Notes: generated by a model from the letters alone, not told the origin. A DNA stretch of 64,000 bases from Parvibaculum sp. (GCF_017642695.1 NZ_JAEPQD010000001.1); one strand, 5' to 3'. Shown: positions 49,550 to 61,286, numbered from the stretch's first letter. Program-made: numbers and translations.

Positions 49550-52144
49550 ATGACCGATCAGGCCGATACGAGCGAACGCAAACCGAAAGCCGCGGGCGGG
49601 AAGACCCTCAGCCTCAAGCGGACGGTGGAGTCTGGCCATGTGCGCCAGAACTTTTCGCATGGGCGCTCGAAGTCGGTCGTGGTTGAGAAGAAGAAGAAGC
49701 GGACGCTGAAGACCGGTGGCGATGCAGCACCCGCAGCGCCCGCCGAGGAAAAGCCGAAGCCGGCCGCCGAGGCGGCGCCTGCCGCCAGGCCTGAGACGAA
49801 AAAGGCCGAGGAAGCGCCCGCAGCTCCGGCTCCCGAAAAGAAATCCCAGAGCCGTTCCCGTTCCGGTGTCGTGCTGCGCACGCTGACCGAAGAGGAGAAG
49901 GCCGCCCGTGCGCAGGCGCTCGACAGCGCTCGCGAACGTGAGGGCGAGGACCGCCGTAAGGCCGAGGAAGAAGCCAAGCGCTTCGCCGAGGAAGATGCGC
50001 GCCGCGAAAAAGAACGCGCCGCCGCTGCGGCTCGCGCCGCAGAAGAGGCCGCCCGCCTTGCCGCCGAGCAGGAAGCGCGGAGCCGTTCCACCGAAGATTC
50101 CAGGCGTCGCGAAGACGATCGCGCCGCCGCGCCTGCCCGCCCGAGCGGCAAGGATCTGGCCGACGCCGAGGCCGAGGAAGACGAAAAGCCGAAGCGTAGC
50201 GCAGGTCATGCCGCGCCGAAGCAGCCGCCTGCGCGACGGACCGAAGAACGCCGCCGTGGCAAGCTCACCATTACGAAGGCCTTCGACGACGATGGCGGCC
50301 GCCAGCGCTCTCTTGCTTCCATGCGCCGCCGCGTCGAACGCGAACGCAAAAAGCATATGGGCGTGCAGGACGCGCCGCAGAAGATCATCCGCGAAGTCGT
50401 CATTCCGGAAGTCATCACCATCCAGGAACTCGCGAACCGTATGGCGGAGCGAGCGGTCGATGTGATGAAGATCCTGATGAAGCAGGGCATCATGCTGAAG
50501 ATCAACGATGTGATCGACAGCGACACCGCCCAGCTCGTCGCCGAGGAACTCGGACACACCGTGAAGCGCGTGGCGGAATCGGACGTCGAGGAAGGACTTG
50601 TCGGCGAAGACGATGCCGACGAACTCAAGCAGCCCCGCGCGCCTGTCGTTACCGTCATGGGCCATGTCGACCACGGCAAGACCTCGCTGCTCGACGCGCT
50701 TCGCAAGACGGATGTCGCGGCGGGCGAAGCGGGCGGTATCACGCAGCACATCGGTGCCTATCAGGTGAATCTCAGCTCCGGCGAGCGGATCACCTTCCTC
50801 GATACGCCCGGCCATGCTGCGTTCACCTCCATGCGCGCCCGTGGCGCCAAGGTGACCGACATCGTTGTGCTTGTCGTTGCGGCGGATGACGGCGTCATGC
50901 CGCAGACCATCGAAGCGATCAATCACGCGAAGGCCGCTGGCGTTCCGATGATTGTGGCCGTCAACAAGATGGACAAGCCGGAAGCCGATCCGTCGCGCGT
51001 GAAGAACGAGCTTCTGCAGCATGAAGTCGTTGTCGAGGATTTCGGCGGTGACGTGTTGCTGGTTCCGATTTCCGCGAAGACGGGTCTTGGCCTCGACAAG
51101 CTGGAGGAAACCATTCTCCTCCAGGCGGAATTGCTCGACATCAAGGCCAATCCCGACCGCGCCGCCGAGGGCATCATCGTCGAAGCGAAACTTGATCGCG
51201 GCCGTGGTCCTGTCGGCACAGTGCTCGTGCAACGCGGTACGCTCAATGTCGGCGATATCATCGTCGCGGGTACCGAGTGGGGCCGCGTACGTGCGCTGAT
51301 CAATGATCGCGGCGAGAACGTACAGTCTGCCGGCCCGTCCGTGCCGGTCGAGGTGCTCGGTCTCGGTGGCGCGCCCGAAGCGGGTGATGTGATGAGCGTT
51401 GTCGAAACCGAAGGCCGCGCACGTGAAATCACCGACTACCGTCAACGTCTCCAGCGCGACAAGCGCGTTGGTACGGGCGGGCGGGCGTCGCTCGATCAGA
51501 TGCTGTCGCAGTTGAAGGAGCAGGACCGCAAGGAGCTGCCGATCATCGTCAAGGCGGACGTGCAGGGCTCTGCCGAAGCGATTGTGCAAGCGCTCGAAAA
51601 GCTCGGTACCGACGAAGTCGTCGCACGCGTCGTACATGTCGGAGCGGGCGGCGTGACAGAATCGGACGTCACACTCGCGACCGCGTCCAACGCGCCAATC
51701 ATCGGTTTCAATGTCCGCGCCAATGCGCAGGCACGCGACGCCGCGCGTCAGGCGGGCATCGAAATCCGCTATTACTCCGTCATCTACGACCTTGTGGACG
51801 ACATCAAGGCGGCACTCTCCGGCATGCTCTCGCCGGAACTGCGCGAAACCTTCCTTGGCAATGCCGAGATCCTGGAAATATTCAACATTTCCAAGACCGG
51901 CAAGGTCGCGGGTTGCCGCGTTACCGAGGGTGTGGTGCGCCGTGGTTCGCATGTCCGTCTCATACGCGACGATGTGGTGATACACGAAGGCAAGCTCTCG
52001 ACGCTGAAGCGTTTCAAGGACGAAGTGAAGGAAGTGCAGTCCGGCCAGGAATGCGGCATGGCCTTCGAGAGTTATCAGGACATGCGCAAGGGCGACGTCA
52101 TCGAATGCTTCGATGTCGAGGTGGTGAAGCGCAGCCTCGATTGA
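49550..52144 (+). CDS. infB: translation initiation factor IF-2
   Basis: 864 aa. Charged low-complexity N-terminus. GTPase G-motifs ([18 protein letters not shown]). Confidence 0.95.
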   Translation: MTDQADTSERKPKAAGGKTLSLKRTVESGHVRQNFSHGRSKSVVVEKKKKRTLKTGGDAAPAAPAEEKPKPAAEAAPAARPETKKAEEAPAAPAPEKKSQSRSRSGVVLRTLTEEEKAARAQALDSAREREGEDRRKAEEEAKRFAEEDARREKERAAAAARAAEEAARLAAEQEARSRSTEDSRRREDDRAAAPARPSGKDLADAEAEEDEKPKRSAGHAAPKQPPARRTEERRRGKLTITKAFDDDGGRQRSLASMRRRVERERKKHMGVQDAPQKIIREVVIPEVITIQELANRMAERAVDVMKILMKQGIMLKINDVIDSDTAQLVAEELGHTVKRVAESDVEEGLVGEDDADELKQPRAPVVTVMGHVDHGKTSLLDALRKTDVAAGEAGGITQHIGAYQVNLSSGERITFLDTPGHAAFTSMRARGAKVTDIVVLVVAADDGVMPQTIEAINHAKAAGVPMIVAVNKMDKPEADPSRVKNELLQHEVVVEDFGGDVLLVPISAKTGLGLDKLEETILLQAELLDIKANPDRAAEGIIVEAKLDRGRGPVGTVLVQRGTLNVGDIIVAGTEWGRVRALINDRGENVQSAGPSVPVEVLGLGGAPEAGDVMSVVETEGRAREITDYRQRLQRDKRVGTGGRASLDQMLSQLKEQDRKELPIIVKADVQGSAEAIVQALEKLGTDEVVARVVHVGAGGVTESDVTLATASNAPIIGFNVRANAQARDAARQAGIEIRYYSVIYDLVDDIKAALSGMLSPELRETFLGNAEILEIFNISKTGKVAGCRVTEGVVRRGSHVRLIRDDVVIHEGKLSTLKRFKDEVKEVQSGQECGMAFESYQDMRKGDVIECFDVEVVKRSLD

Positions 52145-52218
52145 GGCTGTTGCCCACCTGGTCTGCCTTTGCGGTTTCTCGATGAGAAGGCCGGACGAGG
52201 CGGTAAACGGAATCGCCC

Positions 52219-52644
52219 ATGCAGAGAAAATCCGGATCGAACAAGGGACATCGCGGCGCCAATGCGCCGAGCCAGCGTCAGCTTCGCGCGGGCGAACTCG
52301 TGCGCCGCGCGCTTTCCGACGTCGTGACGCGCGGCACCATTCGCGATCCTGAGCTCGCGGAGCGCAGCTTCTCCATTACCGAGGTGCGCATGAGCCCCGA
52401 TCTGCGCCATGCGACCTGCTTCGTTGCGCCTCTCGGGCATGGCGATGCTGTTGCCCTCGCTGCAGCGCTCACCCGTGTTCGCGCCTGGCTGCGCGGCCAG
52501 CTTTCGAAGGAAGTTACCTTCAAGTTCATGCCCGACCTCACCTTCGAACCCGACACTTCCTTCGACAATGCCGAGGCGATCGACCGTCTGCTTCACAAGC
52601 CGGAAGTCGCACGCGACCTTTCGAAACCCGGCGAAGAGGACTGA
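52219..52644 (+). CDS. rbfA: ribosome-binding factor A
   Basis: 141 aa. Follows infB. Confidence 0.9.
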   Translation: MQRKSGSNKGHRGANAPSQRQLRAGELVRRALSDVVTRGTIRDPELAERSFSITEVRMSPDLRHATCFVAPLGHGDAVALAAALTRVRAWLRGQLSKEVTFKFMPDLTFEPDTSFDNAEAIDRLLHKPEVARDLSKPGEED

Positions 52645-52649
52645 GCCCC

Positions 52650-53573
52650 ATGTCCCGGCGGAAGAAGGGCGAGGCCATAACCGGCTGGGTCGTCGTCGAC
52701 AAGCCTGTGGGACCGACCTCGTCCGATGTGGTGAACCGGGTCCGCCGCCTCTTCAACGCACAAAAGGCGGGGCACGCCGGCACGCTCGATCCGCTCGCGA
52801 CGGGTATCCTGCCGGTGGCGCTGGGCGAGGCGACAAAGACCGTGCCTTTCGTTATCGACGCGACCAAGGCCTACCGTTTCACCATTCGCTTCGGCCTTGC
52901 CACCACGACGGATGACGCCGAAGGAGAGGTTGCCCGCGAAAGCGCCCGCCGCCCCTCGAATGCGGAAATCGAGGCGGCTTTTCCGCGGTTCCGGGGTCAG
53001 ATCCAGCAGATTCCGCCCGCTTTCTCGGCGATCAAGGTCGACGGCGAGCGCGCCTATGCGAGGGCGCGGGCCGGCGAGGCCGTGGAACTCGCCGCCCGGC
53101 CCGTCACGATCCACGAAATTGCCCTCGTTTCGCGCCCCGACGAAGATCATGCCGATCTGGAAATCTCTTGCAGTAAAGGGACTTACGTCCGCTCCCTGGC
53201 CCGGGATCTGGCACTGGCGCTCGGCACCGTCGGCCATGTCTCGGCGTTGCGCCGGACGCGCCACGGCCCGTTTGGAGAAGACGCCGCAATTCCTCTGGAT
53301 AAACTCTGCGCCTTGGGTCATATTGCGCCCGCTCCCGGCCTTGGGACGCATTTGCTTCCGCTCGAGACCGCGCTGGACGACATCCCGGCGCTGGCCGTGA
53401 GCGGCGAGGATGCGGCCCGTTTGAGAAAGGGTCAGGGGGTTTTGTTGCGCGGGCGTGACGCACCCATCCTTTCCGGATCGGTTCTGGCCACCCACCGGGG
53501 AGACCCGGTGGCCCTGACCGAATACGGAAAAGGCGAGCTTCGCCCCGTGCGCGTGTTCAATCTCGTATCATAG
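52650..53573 (+). CDS. truB: tRNA pseudouridine(55) synthase TruB
   Basis: 307 aa. GWVVVDKPVGPTS...HAGTLDPLATG catalytic motif. Confidence 0.9.
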   Translation: MSRRKKGEAITGWVVVDKPVGPTSSDVVNRVRRLFNAQKAGHAGTLDPLATGILPVALGEATKTVPFVIDATKAYRFTIRFGLATTTDDAEGEVARESARRPSNAEIEAAFPRFRGQIQQIPPAFSAIKVDGERAYARARAGEAVELAARPVTIHEIALVSRPDEDHADLEISCSKGTYVRSLARDLALALGTVGHVSALRRTRHGPFGEDAAIPLDKLCALGHIAPAPGLGTHLLPLETALDDIPALAVSGEDAARLRKGQGVLLRGRDAPILSGSVLATHRGDPVALTEYGKGELRPVRVFNLVS

Positions 53574-53582
53574 GAGATCCCG

Positions 53583-53852
53583 ATGTCGATTACGCCGGAG
53601 CGCAAGGCTCAGCTCATCAAGGAATTTGCCGGCAAGGACGGCGACACCGGTTCCCCCGAGGTGCAGGTCGCAATCCTCACCGAGCGCATCACCAACCTCA
53701 CCGAACATTTCAAGGGCCACGCGAAGGACAACCATTCGCGCCGCGGCCTGCTGAAAATGGTGAGCCAGCGCCGCAGCCTTCTCGACTACGTGAAGAAGAA
53801 GGATCAGGCGCGTTACGAACAGCTGATCTCCCGTCTGGGGATTCGGCGGTAA
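53583..53852 (+). CDS. rpsO: 30S ribosomal protein S15
   Basis: 89 aa. [17 protein letters not shown]...[14 protein letters not shown]. Confidence 0.95.
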   Translation: MSITPERKAQLIKEFAGKDGDTGSPEVQVAILTERITNLTEHFKGHAKDNHSRRGLLKMVSQRRSLLDYVKKKDQARYEQLISRLGIRR

Positions 53853-54170
53853 CGGGGTGCTTATTGCCCCACCGGTTCTGCTTTGCACGGCGCCTGCCCG
53901 GAGGTTCTTCTCGGAACCGAGGGGCGGGCGCGTGTCTTTCGGGGCCGCTTAAGAAGAGACATTCGTCCGCTTACGGATGGTTTGTCGCGGCTGGACCCGC
54001 TGCCTCCCGTCTCGGGGTGCCGGGTTCCGTGCAATCTGGCACAGGCGCATTCGGCGCAGTTGCGAAATCCATTCCGATTGTCCGGCCGCGATAGGAGCGG
54101 CAGAAAAGCGACCGCTGCATGATGATGGAAAGAACGCATGGATGGCGGCGGCGCGGAACAGGAAACCGAT

Positions 54171-56357
54171 ATGTTTAAAATTACACGCGAAGAAATCGAA
54201 TGGGGCGGTCGTCCGCTCATCCTCGAAACGGGCAAGATCGCCCGTCAGGCCGACGGCGCGGTGCTCGCGACCTACGGCGACACAACGGTGCTCGCGACGG
54301 TCGTCGGCGAGCGGAAGCCGAAGCCGGGGCTCGATTTCTTCCCCCTGACCGTCAACTACCAGGAAAAGACCTACGCGGCGGGCAAGATCCCCGGCGGCTT
54401 CTTCAAGCGTGAAGGTCGCCCGAGCGAAAAGGAAACGCTCGTCTCCCGCCTGATCGACCGTCCGATCCGTCCCCTTTTCATCAAGGGCTTCAAGAACGAG
54501 ACACAGGTGATCGCCACCGTTCTCTCGCATGACATGGAGAACGATCCCGACATCGTGGCGATGGTCGCCGTGTCGGCGGCGCTGACGATCTCCGGCTTGC
54601 CGTTCCTCGGCCCGATCGGCGCAGCCCGTGTCGGCTACATCGACGGTGAGTACAAGCTCAATCCGATGATCGACGAAATGCCGGAAAGCGCGCTCGATCT
54701 CGTCGTCGCCGGCACGTCGGACGCCGTGATGATGGTCGAATCGGAAGCCAAGGAGCTTTCCGAGGACGTCATGCTCGGCGCCGTCATGTTCGGTCACAAG
54801 GAATTCCAGCCGGTGATCGACATGATCATCCGCATGGCCGAGAAATGTGCCAAGGAACCCCGCGCCGTCGAGGCAAAGGACAACTCCGACCTCGTTTCCA
54901 AGGTTCGTGAGCTCGCCGAGAGCGATCTTCGTGCCGCCTACGGTCTCAGGGACAAGGGCGAGCGCCATGAGGCAATCGCCAAGGCGAAGGACAAGGTAAA
55001 GGCCGCTCTCTGCAATCCGGAAGACGAGAACGCCGTGCCGGAAACGGAAGTTGGCGGCGTCTTCAAGGAAATCGAAAGCGACATCGTTCGCAACTCGATC
55101 CTCGACACGAAACTTCGCATCGACGGGCGCGATCTCGAAACGGTTCGTCCGATCGTCTCCGAAGTGGGCGTGCTGCCGCGTACCCACGGCTCGGCGCTCT
55201 TTACCCGCGGCGAGACGCAGGCTCTTGTGGTTGCGACCCTCGGCACGGGCGACGATGAACAGTTCATCGACGCACTGGAAGGCACCTACAAGGAAAACTT
55301 CCTGCTGCATTACAACTTCCCGCCCTTCTCTGTCGGCGAGACGGGCCGCGTCGGCTTTACCGGCCGCCGCGAAGTCGGTCATGGCAAGCTTGCCTGGCGC
55401 GCGCTCCGCGCGGTCCTTCCGCCCAAGACAGACTTCCCCTACACGCTGCGACTCGTCTCGGAAATCACCGAGTCGAATGGTTCGTCCTCGATGGCGACTG
55501 TCTGCGGCTCCTCGCTCGCGATGATGGATGCGGGCGTGCCGCTGAAGCGCGCCGTCGCGGGTATCGCGATGGGACTCATCCTCGAAGGCGACCGCTTTGC
55601 GGTTCTGTCGGACATTCTCGGTGACGAGGATCACCTCGGCGACATGGACTTCAAGGTCGCGGGTACGGAAGAAGGTGTCACGTCGCTCCAGATGGACATC
55701 AAGATCACCGGCATCAACGAGAGCATCATGAAGCAGGCCCTCGCCCAGGCGAAGGGTGGCCGCATGCATATTCTCGGCGAGATGGCAAAGGCACTCGACA
55801 CGGCCCGCCCCGAAATGGGCGAGTACGCGCCACGCATCGAGGTGATCACGGTCCCGACCGACAAGATTCGCGAAGTCATCGGCACGGGCGGCAAGGTCGT
55901 TCGCGAGATCGTGGAAAAGACCGGCGCAAAGGTCGACATCTCCGACGACGGCACGATCAAGGTGGCCTCCTCCGACGCCGCCTCGATCAAGGCCGCCATC
56001 GACTGGATCCGCGGCATCGTCGCGGAACCGGAAGTGGGAGCCATCTATGAAGGCACGGTCGTCAAGGTCGTCGATTTCGGGGCCTTCGTGAACTTCTTCG
56101 GCCCCCGCGACGGTCTCGTCCACATCTCGCAGATGGCACCGAACCGGGTCGAGAAGGTGTCGGACATCTGCAACGAGGGCGACAAGGTCAAGGTGAAGCT
56201 CCTCGGTTTCGACGATCGCGGCAAGGTTCGCCTGTCGATGAAGCATGTGAACCAGGAGACCGGTGAGGAGATCGTTTACGAGAACGAGCCCGCCGAGCAG
56301 CCCCGCGAAAAGCGCGAAGGTGGCGGTGGCCGCGGACGCCGTCGCGACCGCGACTGA
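54171..56357 (+). CDS. pnp: polyribonucleotide nucleotidyltransferase (PNPase)
   Basis: Start at [16 protein letters not shown]. Two RNase PH domains, KH and S1 domains, Gly/Arg-rich tail. Confidence 0.95.
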   Translation: MFKITREEIEWGGRPLILETGKIARQADGAVLATYGDTTVLATVVGERKPKPGLDFFPLTVNYQEKTYAAGKIPGGFFKREGRPSEKETLVSRLIDRPIRPLFIKGFKNETQVIATVLSHDMENDPDIVAMVAVSAALTISGLPFLGPIGAARVGYIDGEYKLNPMIDEMPESALDLVVAGTSDAVMMVESEAKELSEDVMLGAVMFGHKEFQPVIDMIIRMAEKCAKEPRAVEAKDNSDLVSKVRELAESDLRAAYGLRDKGERHEAIAKAKDKVKAALCNPEDENAVPETEVGGVFKEIESDIVRNSILDTKLRIDGRDLETVRPIVSEVGVLPRTHGSALFTRGETQALVVATLGTGDDEQFIDALEGTYKENFLLHYNFPPFSVGETGRVGFTGRREVGHGKLAWRALRAVLPPKTDFPYTLRLVSEITESNGSSSMATVCGSSLAMMDAGVPLKRAVAGIAMGLILEGDRFAVLSDILGDEDHLGDMDFKVAGTEEGVTSLQMDIKITGINESIMKQALAQAKGGRMHILGEMAKALDTARPEMGEYAPRIEVITVPTDKIREVIGTGGKVVREIVEKTGAKVDISDDGTIKVASSDAASIKAAIDWIRGIVAEPEVGAIYEGTVVKVVDFGAFVNFFGPRDGLVHISQMAPNRVEKVSDICNEGDKVKVKLLGFDDRGKVRLSMKHVNQETGEEIVYENEPAEQPREKREGGGGRGRRRDRD

Positions 56358-56385
56358 CGCATTGCCACAATATGGCTAGGATTGC

Positions 56386-56420
56386 GGGGTCAGCTTGAAC
56401 GAGCTGACCCCGTTTTCTTT
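56386..56420 (+). terminator. rho-independent terminator after pnp (GGGGTCAGC-ttgaacga-GCTGACCCC then GTTTTCTTT)
   Basis: Perfect 9-bp GC-rich stem plus a T-tract, 29 nt after the pnp stop. Confidence 0.6.
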
Positions 56421-56430
56421 GGAGATTTTC

Positions 56431-57045
56431 ATGCGCCTTGCCATCCTTGCGTTTCTCGCCGCGATCGCCGCTTTCTCCGCACTTGCCGACGAGGCGCCGC
56501 AGGACTGGAAGGCGCAGGCGACGCCGCACGATCTCGACCGGCTCGAGCGATACGAGGATGCGGTGACGAAAGGCATGATGGAATCGCAGGTAGCGGGTGA
56601 GGAACACGGCACCTACAACGAACTCGTTTCCATTATGGAAGAGGAAACCGTCAAAGCAGATCCGGAAACGCTCAAAGGGCAATGGAATTGCCGCACCATC
56701 AAGGCGGGCGGGCCCTTTGCGGGTTTCGTCGTCTATGGCTGGTTCCGCTGCGAGATCGTGGAAAAGGACGGACGTCTCTTCTTCGAGAAACTCACCGGCT
56801 CGCAGCGTCAGTCCGGGTTTCTCTATGAGCGCGACGAAAAGAGCTGGGTGCTGCTGGCCGCGCCGAACGAGGGTCATTCAGGTCCCGTTCGCGACTATTC
56901 CGGCCCTGAGGGAGGTGTGACCGATCCGCAGCTGATCGACGAGCCTGCAGTCGTCTCGCTTCTGAAGGACGGACGGGCGCGCATTGTCTTCCCCTGGCCG
57001 GAGCTCGAGTCGACTTTCAACGTGCTCGAGATGAAGCGGCGCTAG
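56431..57045 (+). CDS. secreted DUF4893-like protein (hypothetical)
   Basis: Start at MRLAILAFLAAIAAFSALA (signal peptide). About 204 aa. Two conserved Cys. Confidence 0.55.
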   Translation: MRLAILAFLAAIAAFSALADEAPQDWKAQATPHDLDRLERYEDAVTKGMMESQVAGEEHGTYNELVSIMEEETVKADPETLKGQWNCRTIKAGGPFAGFVVYGWFRCEIVEKDGRLFFEKLTGSQRQSGFLYERDEKSWVLLAAPNEGHSGPVRDYSGPEGGVTDPQLIDEPAVVSLLKDGRARIVFPWPELESTFNVLEMKRR

Positions 57046-57052
57046 AGAGCGT

Positions 57053-57865
57053 TCAACTCTCGCCGCCGCCATTGTCCGGCTGGCCGCTCGTCAGCTCGCT
57101 CTGGCGAGGCAAGCCGATGATGTTATAGCCGCCATCCACATGGTGGATTTCGCCGGAGACGCGCGCCGACAGATCGGAGAGAAGATAGAGTCCTGCGCCA
57201 CCGACATGATCGAGTTCGATCGATTCCTTGATCGGTGCGTGTGTCTTGTTCCACTTGAAGACGAAGCGTGCATCGCCCACGGCCGATCCCGCAAGCGTCC
57301 GCATCGGTCCCGCCGAGATCGCGTTGACGCGAATGCCGTGGCGGCCGAGATCGACGGCGAGATAGCGCACGCTCGCTTCGAGCGCCGCCTTCGCGACGCC
57401 CATGACATTGTAGTTCGGCATGACGCGCGTCGAGCCGCCATAGGTGAGCGTCACCATCGAACCGCCCCGCGTCATCAGCTTCGCCGCGCGTCGCGCGACA
57501 TCCGTGAACGAGTAGCAGGAGATGTCCATCGTGCGCAGGAAGTTCTCGCGCGATGTATCGACGTAGCGGCCCTTGAGTTCGTTCTTGTCGGAATGAGCGA
57601 TCGCATGGACGACGAAATCCATCACGCCCCATTCCTTTTCGAGTTGTTCGAAAGCGGCGTCGAGGCTCGCCTCGTCCATCACGTCGCATGGAAGAAGAAT
57701 GTTCGAGCCGGCAGATTCGGCCAGCGGTTTCACGCGCCGCCCGAAGCTTTCGCCTTGATAGGTAAAGGCGAGCTCCGCGCCATGCGCCGCCAGCGCCCGC
57801 GCGATGCCCCACGCGATCGAGTGATCGTTCGCGACTCCCATGATGAGGCCGCGCTTGCCCTTCAT
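57053..57865 (-). CDS. fabI: enoyl-[acyl-carrier-protein] reductase (NADH) FabI
   Basis: SDR fold (GKRGLIMGVANDHSIAWGIA). Catalytic Y and K present. The ORF extends to 57943 with a TTG. The ATG at 57865 gives the canonical ~270-aa FabI. Confidence 0.85.
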   Translation of the reverse strand: MKGKRGLIMGVANDHSIAWGIARALAAHGAELAFTYQGESFGRRVKPLAESAGSNILLPCDVMDEASLDAAFEQLEKEWGVMDFVVHAIAHSDKNELKGRYVDTSRENFLRTMDISCYSFTDVARRAAKLMTRGGSMVTLTYGGSTRVMPNYNVMGVAKAALEASVRYLAVDLGRHGIRVNAISAGPMRTLAGSAVGDARFVFKWNKTHAPIKESIELDHVGGAGLYLLSDLSARVSGEIHHVDGGYNIIGLPRQSELTSGQPDNGGGES

Positions 57866-57994
57866 CAGCGGGCCCGTCAGCACCAGGGGCTGTTCGCCCG
57901 CCTTGTCGCCACCAGAACTGTGCATGCGTTCGTCATTCCCCAATTGGTCCTGCCCGTGTCCGGGTTCGCCCCGGCTGCGGTTCCCCTGCCAGGA

Positions 57995-59221
57995 TCACCC
58001 GTTGTAGCGTTGCAGCGCCAGCGTCGCATTGGTGCCGCCGAAGCCGAAACTGTTCGAGATCGCGAGATTGATGTCCGCATTGTCGATGCGCTCGCGCACG
58101 ATGTTGGCGTCTGCGACTTCCGGATCGATCTCGTCGATATTCGCGCTCGCCGAGATGAAGCCGGACTGCATCATGAGGAGCGTATAGATCGCCTCGTGCA
58201 CGCCGGCCGCGCCTTGCGCGTGGCCCGTCAGCGATTTCGTTGCGCTCACCGGCGGCATCTTGTCTCCGAAGACTTCCCGGATCGCCTTGATCTCGGGAAT
58301 GTCGCCGACCGGCGTCGAGGTCGCATGCGGATTGATGTAGTCGACCGGTGCCTTCACGTTTTCGAGCGCCATCTTCATGCAGCGCACCGCGCCTTCGCCG
58401 GAAGGCGCCACCATGTCCGCGCCGTCCGCCGTTGCGCCATAGCCGACGATTTCGGCATAGATCTTCGCGCCGCGCGCCTTGGCGTGTTCGAGTTCCTCGA
58501 GTACGAGAATGCCGCCACCGCCGGTGATGACGAAGCCGTCGCGATCCTTGTCATAGGCGCGGCTCGCCGCTTCCGGCGTCGCGTTGCGCTTGGACGACAT
58601 CGCGCCCATCGCGTCGAAGAGCACCGAGAGGGTCCAGTCGAGTTCCTCGCCGCCGCCCGCAAACATGACGTCCTGCTTGCCCCACTGGATCATTTCTGCG
58701 GCATTGCCGATGCAGTTCGCTGAAGTCGAGCAGGCCGAGCTGATCGAGTAGTTGACACCCTTGGTCTTGAACCAGGTCGAAAGATTTGCCGAGCAGGTCG
58801 ATGACATTGCCTTCGGAACCGCGAAGGGTCCGACCTTGCGCGGGCCTTTCACGGGCTCGCTGCGAGCCGTATCGGCGGCGGAAACGATTGCCTTGGTGGA
58901 CGGGCCGCCCGAACCGACGATGAGGCCGGTGCGCGGATTGCTCACGTCGCTGGCCTCGAGCCCCGCATCGGCGATCGCCTGGTTCATGGCGATCCAGGCA
59001 TAGGCCGCGCCGTCGCCCATGAAGCGCCGTGCGCGACGATCCACCGCCTCGTCGAGGTCGATCTTCAGGCTTCCATGTACCTGGCTCTTGAAACCCATCT
59101 CGGCATAGGTGTCCGCTTTAACAACACCGGACTTTCCCTCGCGCAGGCTGCTCATCACTTCCTGCGCGTTGTTGCCGATGCTGGAGACGATACCCATGCC
59201 TGTGACGACCACTCGCCTCAT
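57995..59221 (-). CDS. fabB: 3-oxoacyl-[acyl-carrier-protein] synthase I
   Basis: 408 aa. [18 protein letters not shown]. Active-site Cys (SSACSTS). HxxxH. Confidence 0.9.
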   Translation of the reverse strand: MRRVVVTGMGIVSSIGNNAQEVMSSLREGKSGVVKADTYAEMGFKSQVHGSLKIDLDEAVDRRARRFMGDGAAYAWIAMNQAIADAGLEASDVSNPRTGLIVGSGGPSTKAIVSAADTARSEPVKGPRKVGPFAVPKAMSSTCSANLSTWFKTKGVNYSISSACSTSANCIGNAAEMIQWGKQDVMFAGGGEELDWTLSVLFDAMGAMSSKRNATPEAASRAYDKDRDGFVITGGGGILVLEELEHAKARGAKIYAEIVGYGATADGADMVAPSGEGAVRCMKMALENVKAPVDYINPHATSTPVGDIPEIKAIREVFGDKMPPVSATKSLTGHAQGAAGVHEAIYTLLMMQSGFISASANIDEIDPEVADANIVRERIDNADINLAISNSFGFGGTNATLALQRYNG

Positions 59222-59264
59222 GGCAGCCTCTCTTTCAATGCGGGTCTAAACTTGATCCTGTTTT

Positions 59265-59783
59265 TCAGGCCGGTTGGCCTTCGGTCGCGAGCCCGACCTT
59301 CATGTCGCTTATCGTAAAGGCGATTTCGCCGTCGGCCTTGATGACGCCATCGGCAACGCCGACGACGAGCCGCCGGTTCACCACGCGCTTCAGATTGATC
59401 ACATATTCGAGCTTCTTGATGGCGGGGGTCACCATGGCGGAGAATTTTACCTCGCCCACGCCGACCGCACGGCCCTTGCCCTGCCCTCCGATCCAGCCGA
59501 GGAAGAAGCCGAGCAGCTGCCACATGCCGTCAAGGCCGAGACAGCCGGGCATCACCGGATCGCCTTCGAAATGACAGCCGAAGAACCACAGATCGGGTTT
59601 GATATCGAACTCGGCGAGAATCTGTCCCTTGCCATGCTCGCCGCCCTCGTCGCTGATATGCGTGATGCGGTCGATCATCAGCATCGGCGGCAGCGGCAGT
59701 TGCGGATTGCCTGGCCCGAACATGCGGCCGTGGCTGCATTCGAGCAGATCTTCTAGTGAGTATGCCGATTTCTGTTCCGCCAT
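59265..59783 (-). CDS. fabA: 3-hydroxydecanoyl-[ACP] dehydratase / trans-2-decenoyl-[ACP] isomerase FabA
   Basis: 172 aa from [14 protein letters not shown]. FabA signature ([22 protein letters not shown]). Length matches E. coli FabA. Confidence 0.9.
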   Translation of the reverse strand: MAEQKSAYSLEDLLECSHGRMFGPGNPQLPLPPMLMIDRITHISDEGGEHGKGQILAEFDIKPDLWFFGCHFEGDPVMPGCLGLDGMWQLLGFFLGWIGGQGKGRAVGVGEVKFSAMVTPAIKKLEYVINLKRVVNRRLVVGVADGVIKADGEIAFTISDMKVGLATEGQPA

Positions 59784-60011
59784 TGCCGTTCGCTCAATAA
59801 AGGCCCGCTTCGCTGCGCCGTTCGCCAACGTGCGGGCCGTCCCCGATTATGGGACGGCTTGCGCCACCCCGGTTTCCTCGCCCAAATCCTACGCTGAGGC
59901 GCTTCGTAACACACCCTTCGTTTGCCGCAAACCCTTGGGCGACCGGCATTTTATGCTTGAGGGCGGGGTCTTGCCGCCCTTGACAACCATGTGACCGGCA
60001 CACTATCTATT

Positions 60012-60030
60012 GTTTGTAACGATTACAAAC
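60012..60030. promoter_or_regulatory. palindromic operator-like site GTTTGTAA-CGA-TTACAAAC in the fabA/irr divergent promoter (ICE-like)
   Basis: Perfect 8-3-8 inverted repeat just downstream of a TTGACA -35-like hexamer and 63 nt upstream of the irr GTG. Confidence 0.4.
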
Positions 60031-60092
60031 TGCAGGCCTGTGCCGCCCGGAAAAGGGCAAGCGAGCCTGCCGGGAGCAAGAGGATCGGTTTC

Positions 60093-60518
60093 GTGACGCA
60101 GGAAAGACCCTACGCACAGACGCTCACCAGACTGCGGGAAGCAGGCCTTCGGCCGACGCGCCAGCGGCTGGCTCTGGGCCGCCTCTTGTTCGATGGCGGC
60201 GACCGCCACGTAACGGCTGAAGCGCTTCACGACGAAGCGCAGAAGGCCGGCGTAAGCGTCTCTCTCGCAACCGTCTACAACACGCTGCACCAGTTCACCG
60301 GCGCCGGCCTCCTTCGCGAGGTCGTGGTGGACAGCTCGCGCACCTACTTCGACACCAATACCGACGACCATCATCACTTCTTCGTGGAGAGGGATGGCGC
60401 GCTCATGGATATTGCTGGCGACGATGTCACCATCGGCCGTCTGCCGCCCGCTCCGGAAGGCATGGATGTCGCGCGAGTGGACGTTATCGTTCGCCTGCAG
60501 GATCGCAGTCGCGACTAA
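60093..60518 (+). CDS. irr: iron response regulator Irr (Fur family)
   Basis: GTG start with an AAGAGGA RBS. Fur-like winged helix (LRPTRQRLALGRLLF). HHH motif (DDHHHFF). About 141 aa. Adjacent to fabA, as in Rhizobiales. Confidence 0.75.
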   Translation: MTQERPYAQTLTRLREAGLRPTRQRLALGRLLFDGGDRHVTAEALHDEAQKAGVSVSLATVYNTLHQFTGAGLLREVVVDSSRTYFDTNTDDHHHFFVERDGALMDIAGDDVTIGRLPPAPEGMDVARVDVIVRLQDRSRD

Positions 60519-60551
60519 GAACTCTTCGCAAAAACAATAGCTAAAAAGATT

Positions 60552-60570
60552 GTTTGGAGGTATTCCAAAC
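60552..60570. promoter_or_regulatory. palindromic site GTTTGGA-GGTAT-TCCAAAC (ICE-like: TTTGGAG-GTA-TTCCAAA) directly upstream of a TTGACC -35-like element for the rubrerythrin operon
   Basis: Read from sequence. Shares the GTTTGnA...TnCAAAC arms with the site at 60012. Confidence 0.4.
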
Positions 60571-60783
60571 TGTTGACCTGCCATGCCGGCAGGCATAGAC
60601 TCCGGCCCAACCACCCGTTGATGCCCCTCCCCGGGGCGAAGCGGGGCGGGCGCCGGAAGGGTCCCTTTCGGCGCGGGACAGGCGGAGCCGCGCGCAAGCC
60701 GAAAGCCAGCGCATGACGCAGCAAAAGCGTCCGGTCTCCGTTTCGTCAGGCATCGTCAAACGCATTAGGTGAGGAGCAACACC

Positions 60784-61206
60784 ATGGCATCGCTTTCCGG
60801 TACCAAGACCTGGGAAAACCTGAAAGAGGCGTTCGCCGGCGAAAGCCAGGCCAACCGCCGTTACCTCTATTTCGCCCAGAAGGCTGACGTCGAAGGCTTC
60901 AATGATGTGGCCGCCGTTTTCCGTTCCACCGCGGAAGGTGAAACCGGCCATGCTCACGGCCACCTCGAATTCCTCGAGGAAGTCGGCGACCCGGCGACGG
61001 GCGAGCCGATCGGCGGCACCGACAAGAATCTCAAGGCCGCGATCGCTGGTGAAACCCACGAATACACCGACATGTATCCGGGCATGGCGCGCACGGCGCG
61101 CGATGAAGGCTTCGACGAGATCGCCGACTGGTTCGAGACGCTCGCCAAGGCCGAGAAGAGCCATGCCGGCCGCTTCCAGAAGGCGCTCGACAGCCTCGGC
61201 AGCTAG
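60784..61206 (+). CDS. rubrerythrin-family (ferritin-like diiron) protein
   Basis: 140 aa. Two ExxH diiron motifs ([10 protein letters not shown]..., [12 protein letters not shown]). GAGGAG RBS. Confidence 0.8.
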   Translation: MASLSGTKTWENLKEAFAGESQANRRYLYFAQKADVEGFNDVAAVFRSTAEGETGHAHGHLEFLEEVGDPATGEPIGGTDKNLKAAIAGETHEYTDMYPGMARTARDEGFDEIADWFETLAKAEKSHAGRFQKALDSLGS

Positions 61207-61286
61207 GCGCTTCGGCACGTATTGAAACCGGAGGGGCGGCGCTCCTCCGGTTCCTTGCTTTCCGTAACCGCCGCTGGAGACAGCCG

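Noticed and set aside
49478-51985. Very long antisense ORFs opposite well-supported genes (e.g. 49478..51985 opposite infB, 53949..56246 opposite pnp, 20537..23032 opposite mutS, 24757..26934 opposite glnD, 18143..20404 opposite tme, 37546..39681 opposite plsC/miaB, 41566..43296 opposite corC/lnt, 13141..15411 opposite the hybrid kinase, 11501..13021 opposite comM, 4220..5956 opposite gshB, 15445..16914 opposite ampG, 28328..29500 opposite murJ)
   Set aside because: High-GC genomes generate long stop-free frames on the opposite strand. In every case the other strand encodes an unmistakable conserved protein (IF-2, PNPase, MutS, GlnD, malic enzyme, MiaB and others). The antisense translations are low-complexity Arg/Ala/Gly-rich with no recognisable domains
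57866-57943. TTG-initiated 26-codon extension of fabI (LGNDERMHSSGGDKAGEQPLVLTGPL)
   Set aside because: Characterised FabI proteins start at the (M)xGKRxLIxGV motif. The extension has only a weak RBS. It is kept as a possible alternative start but not preferred
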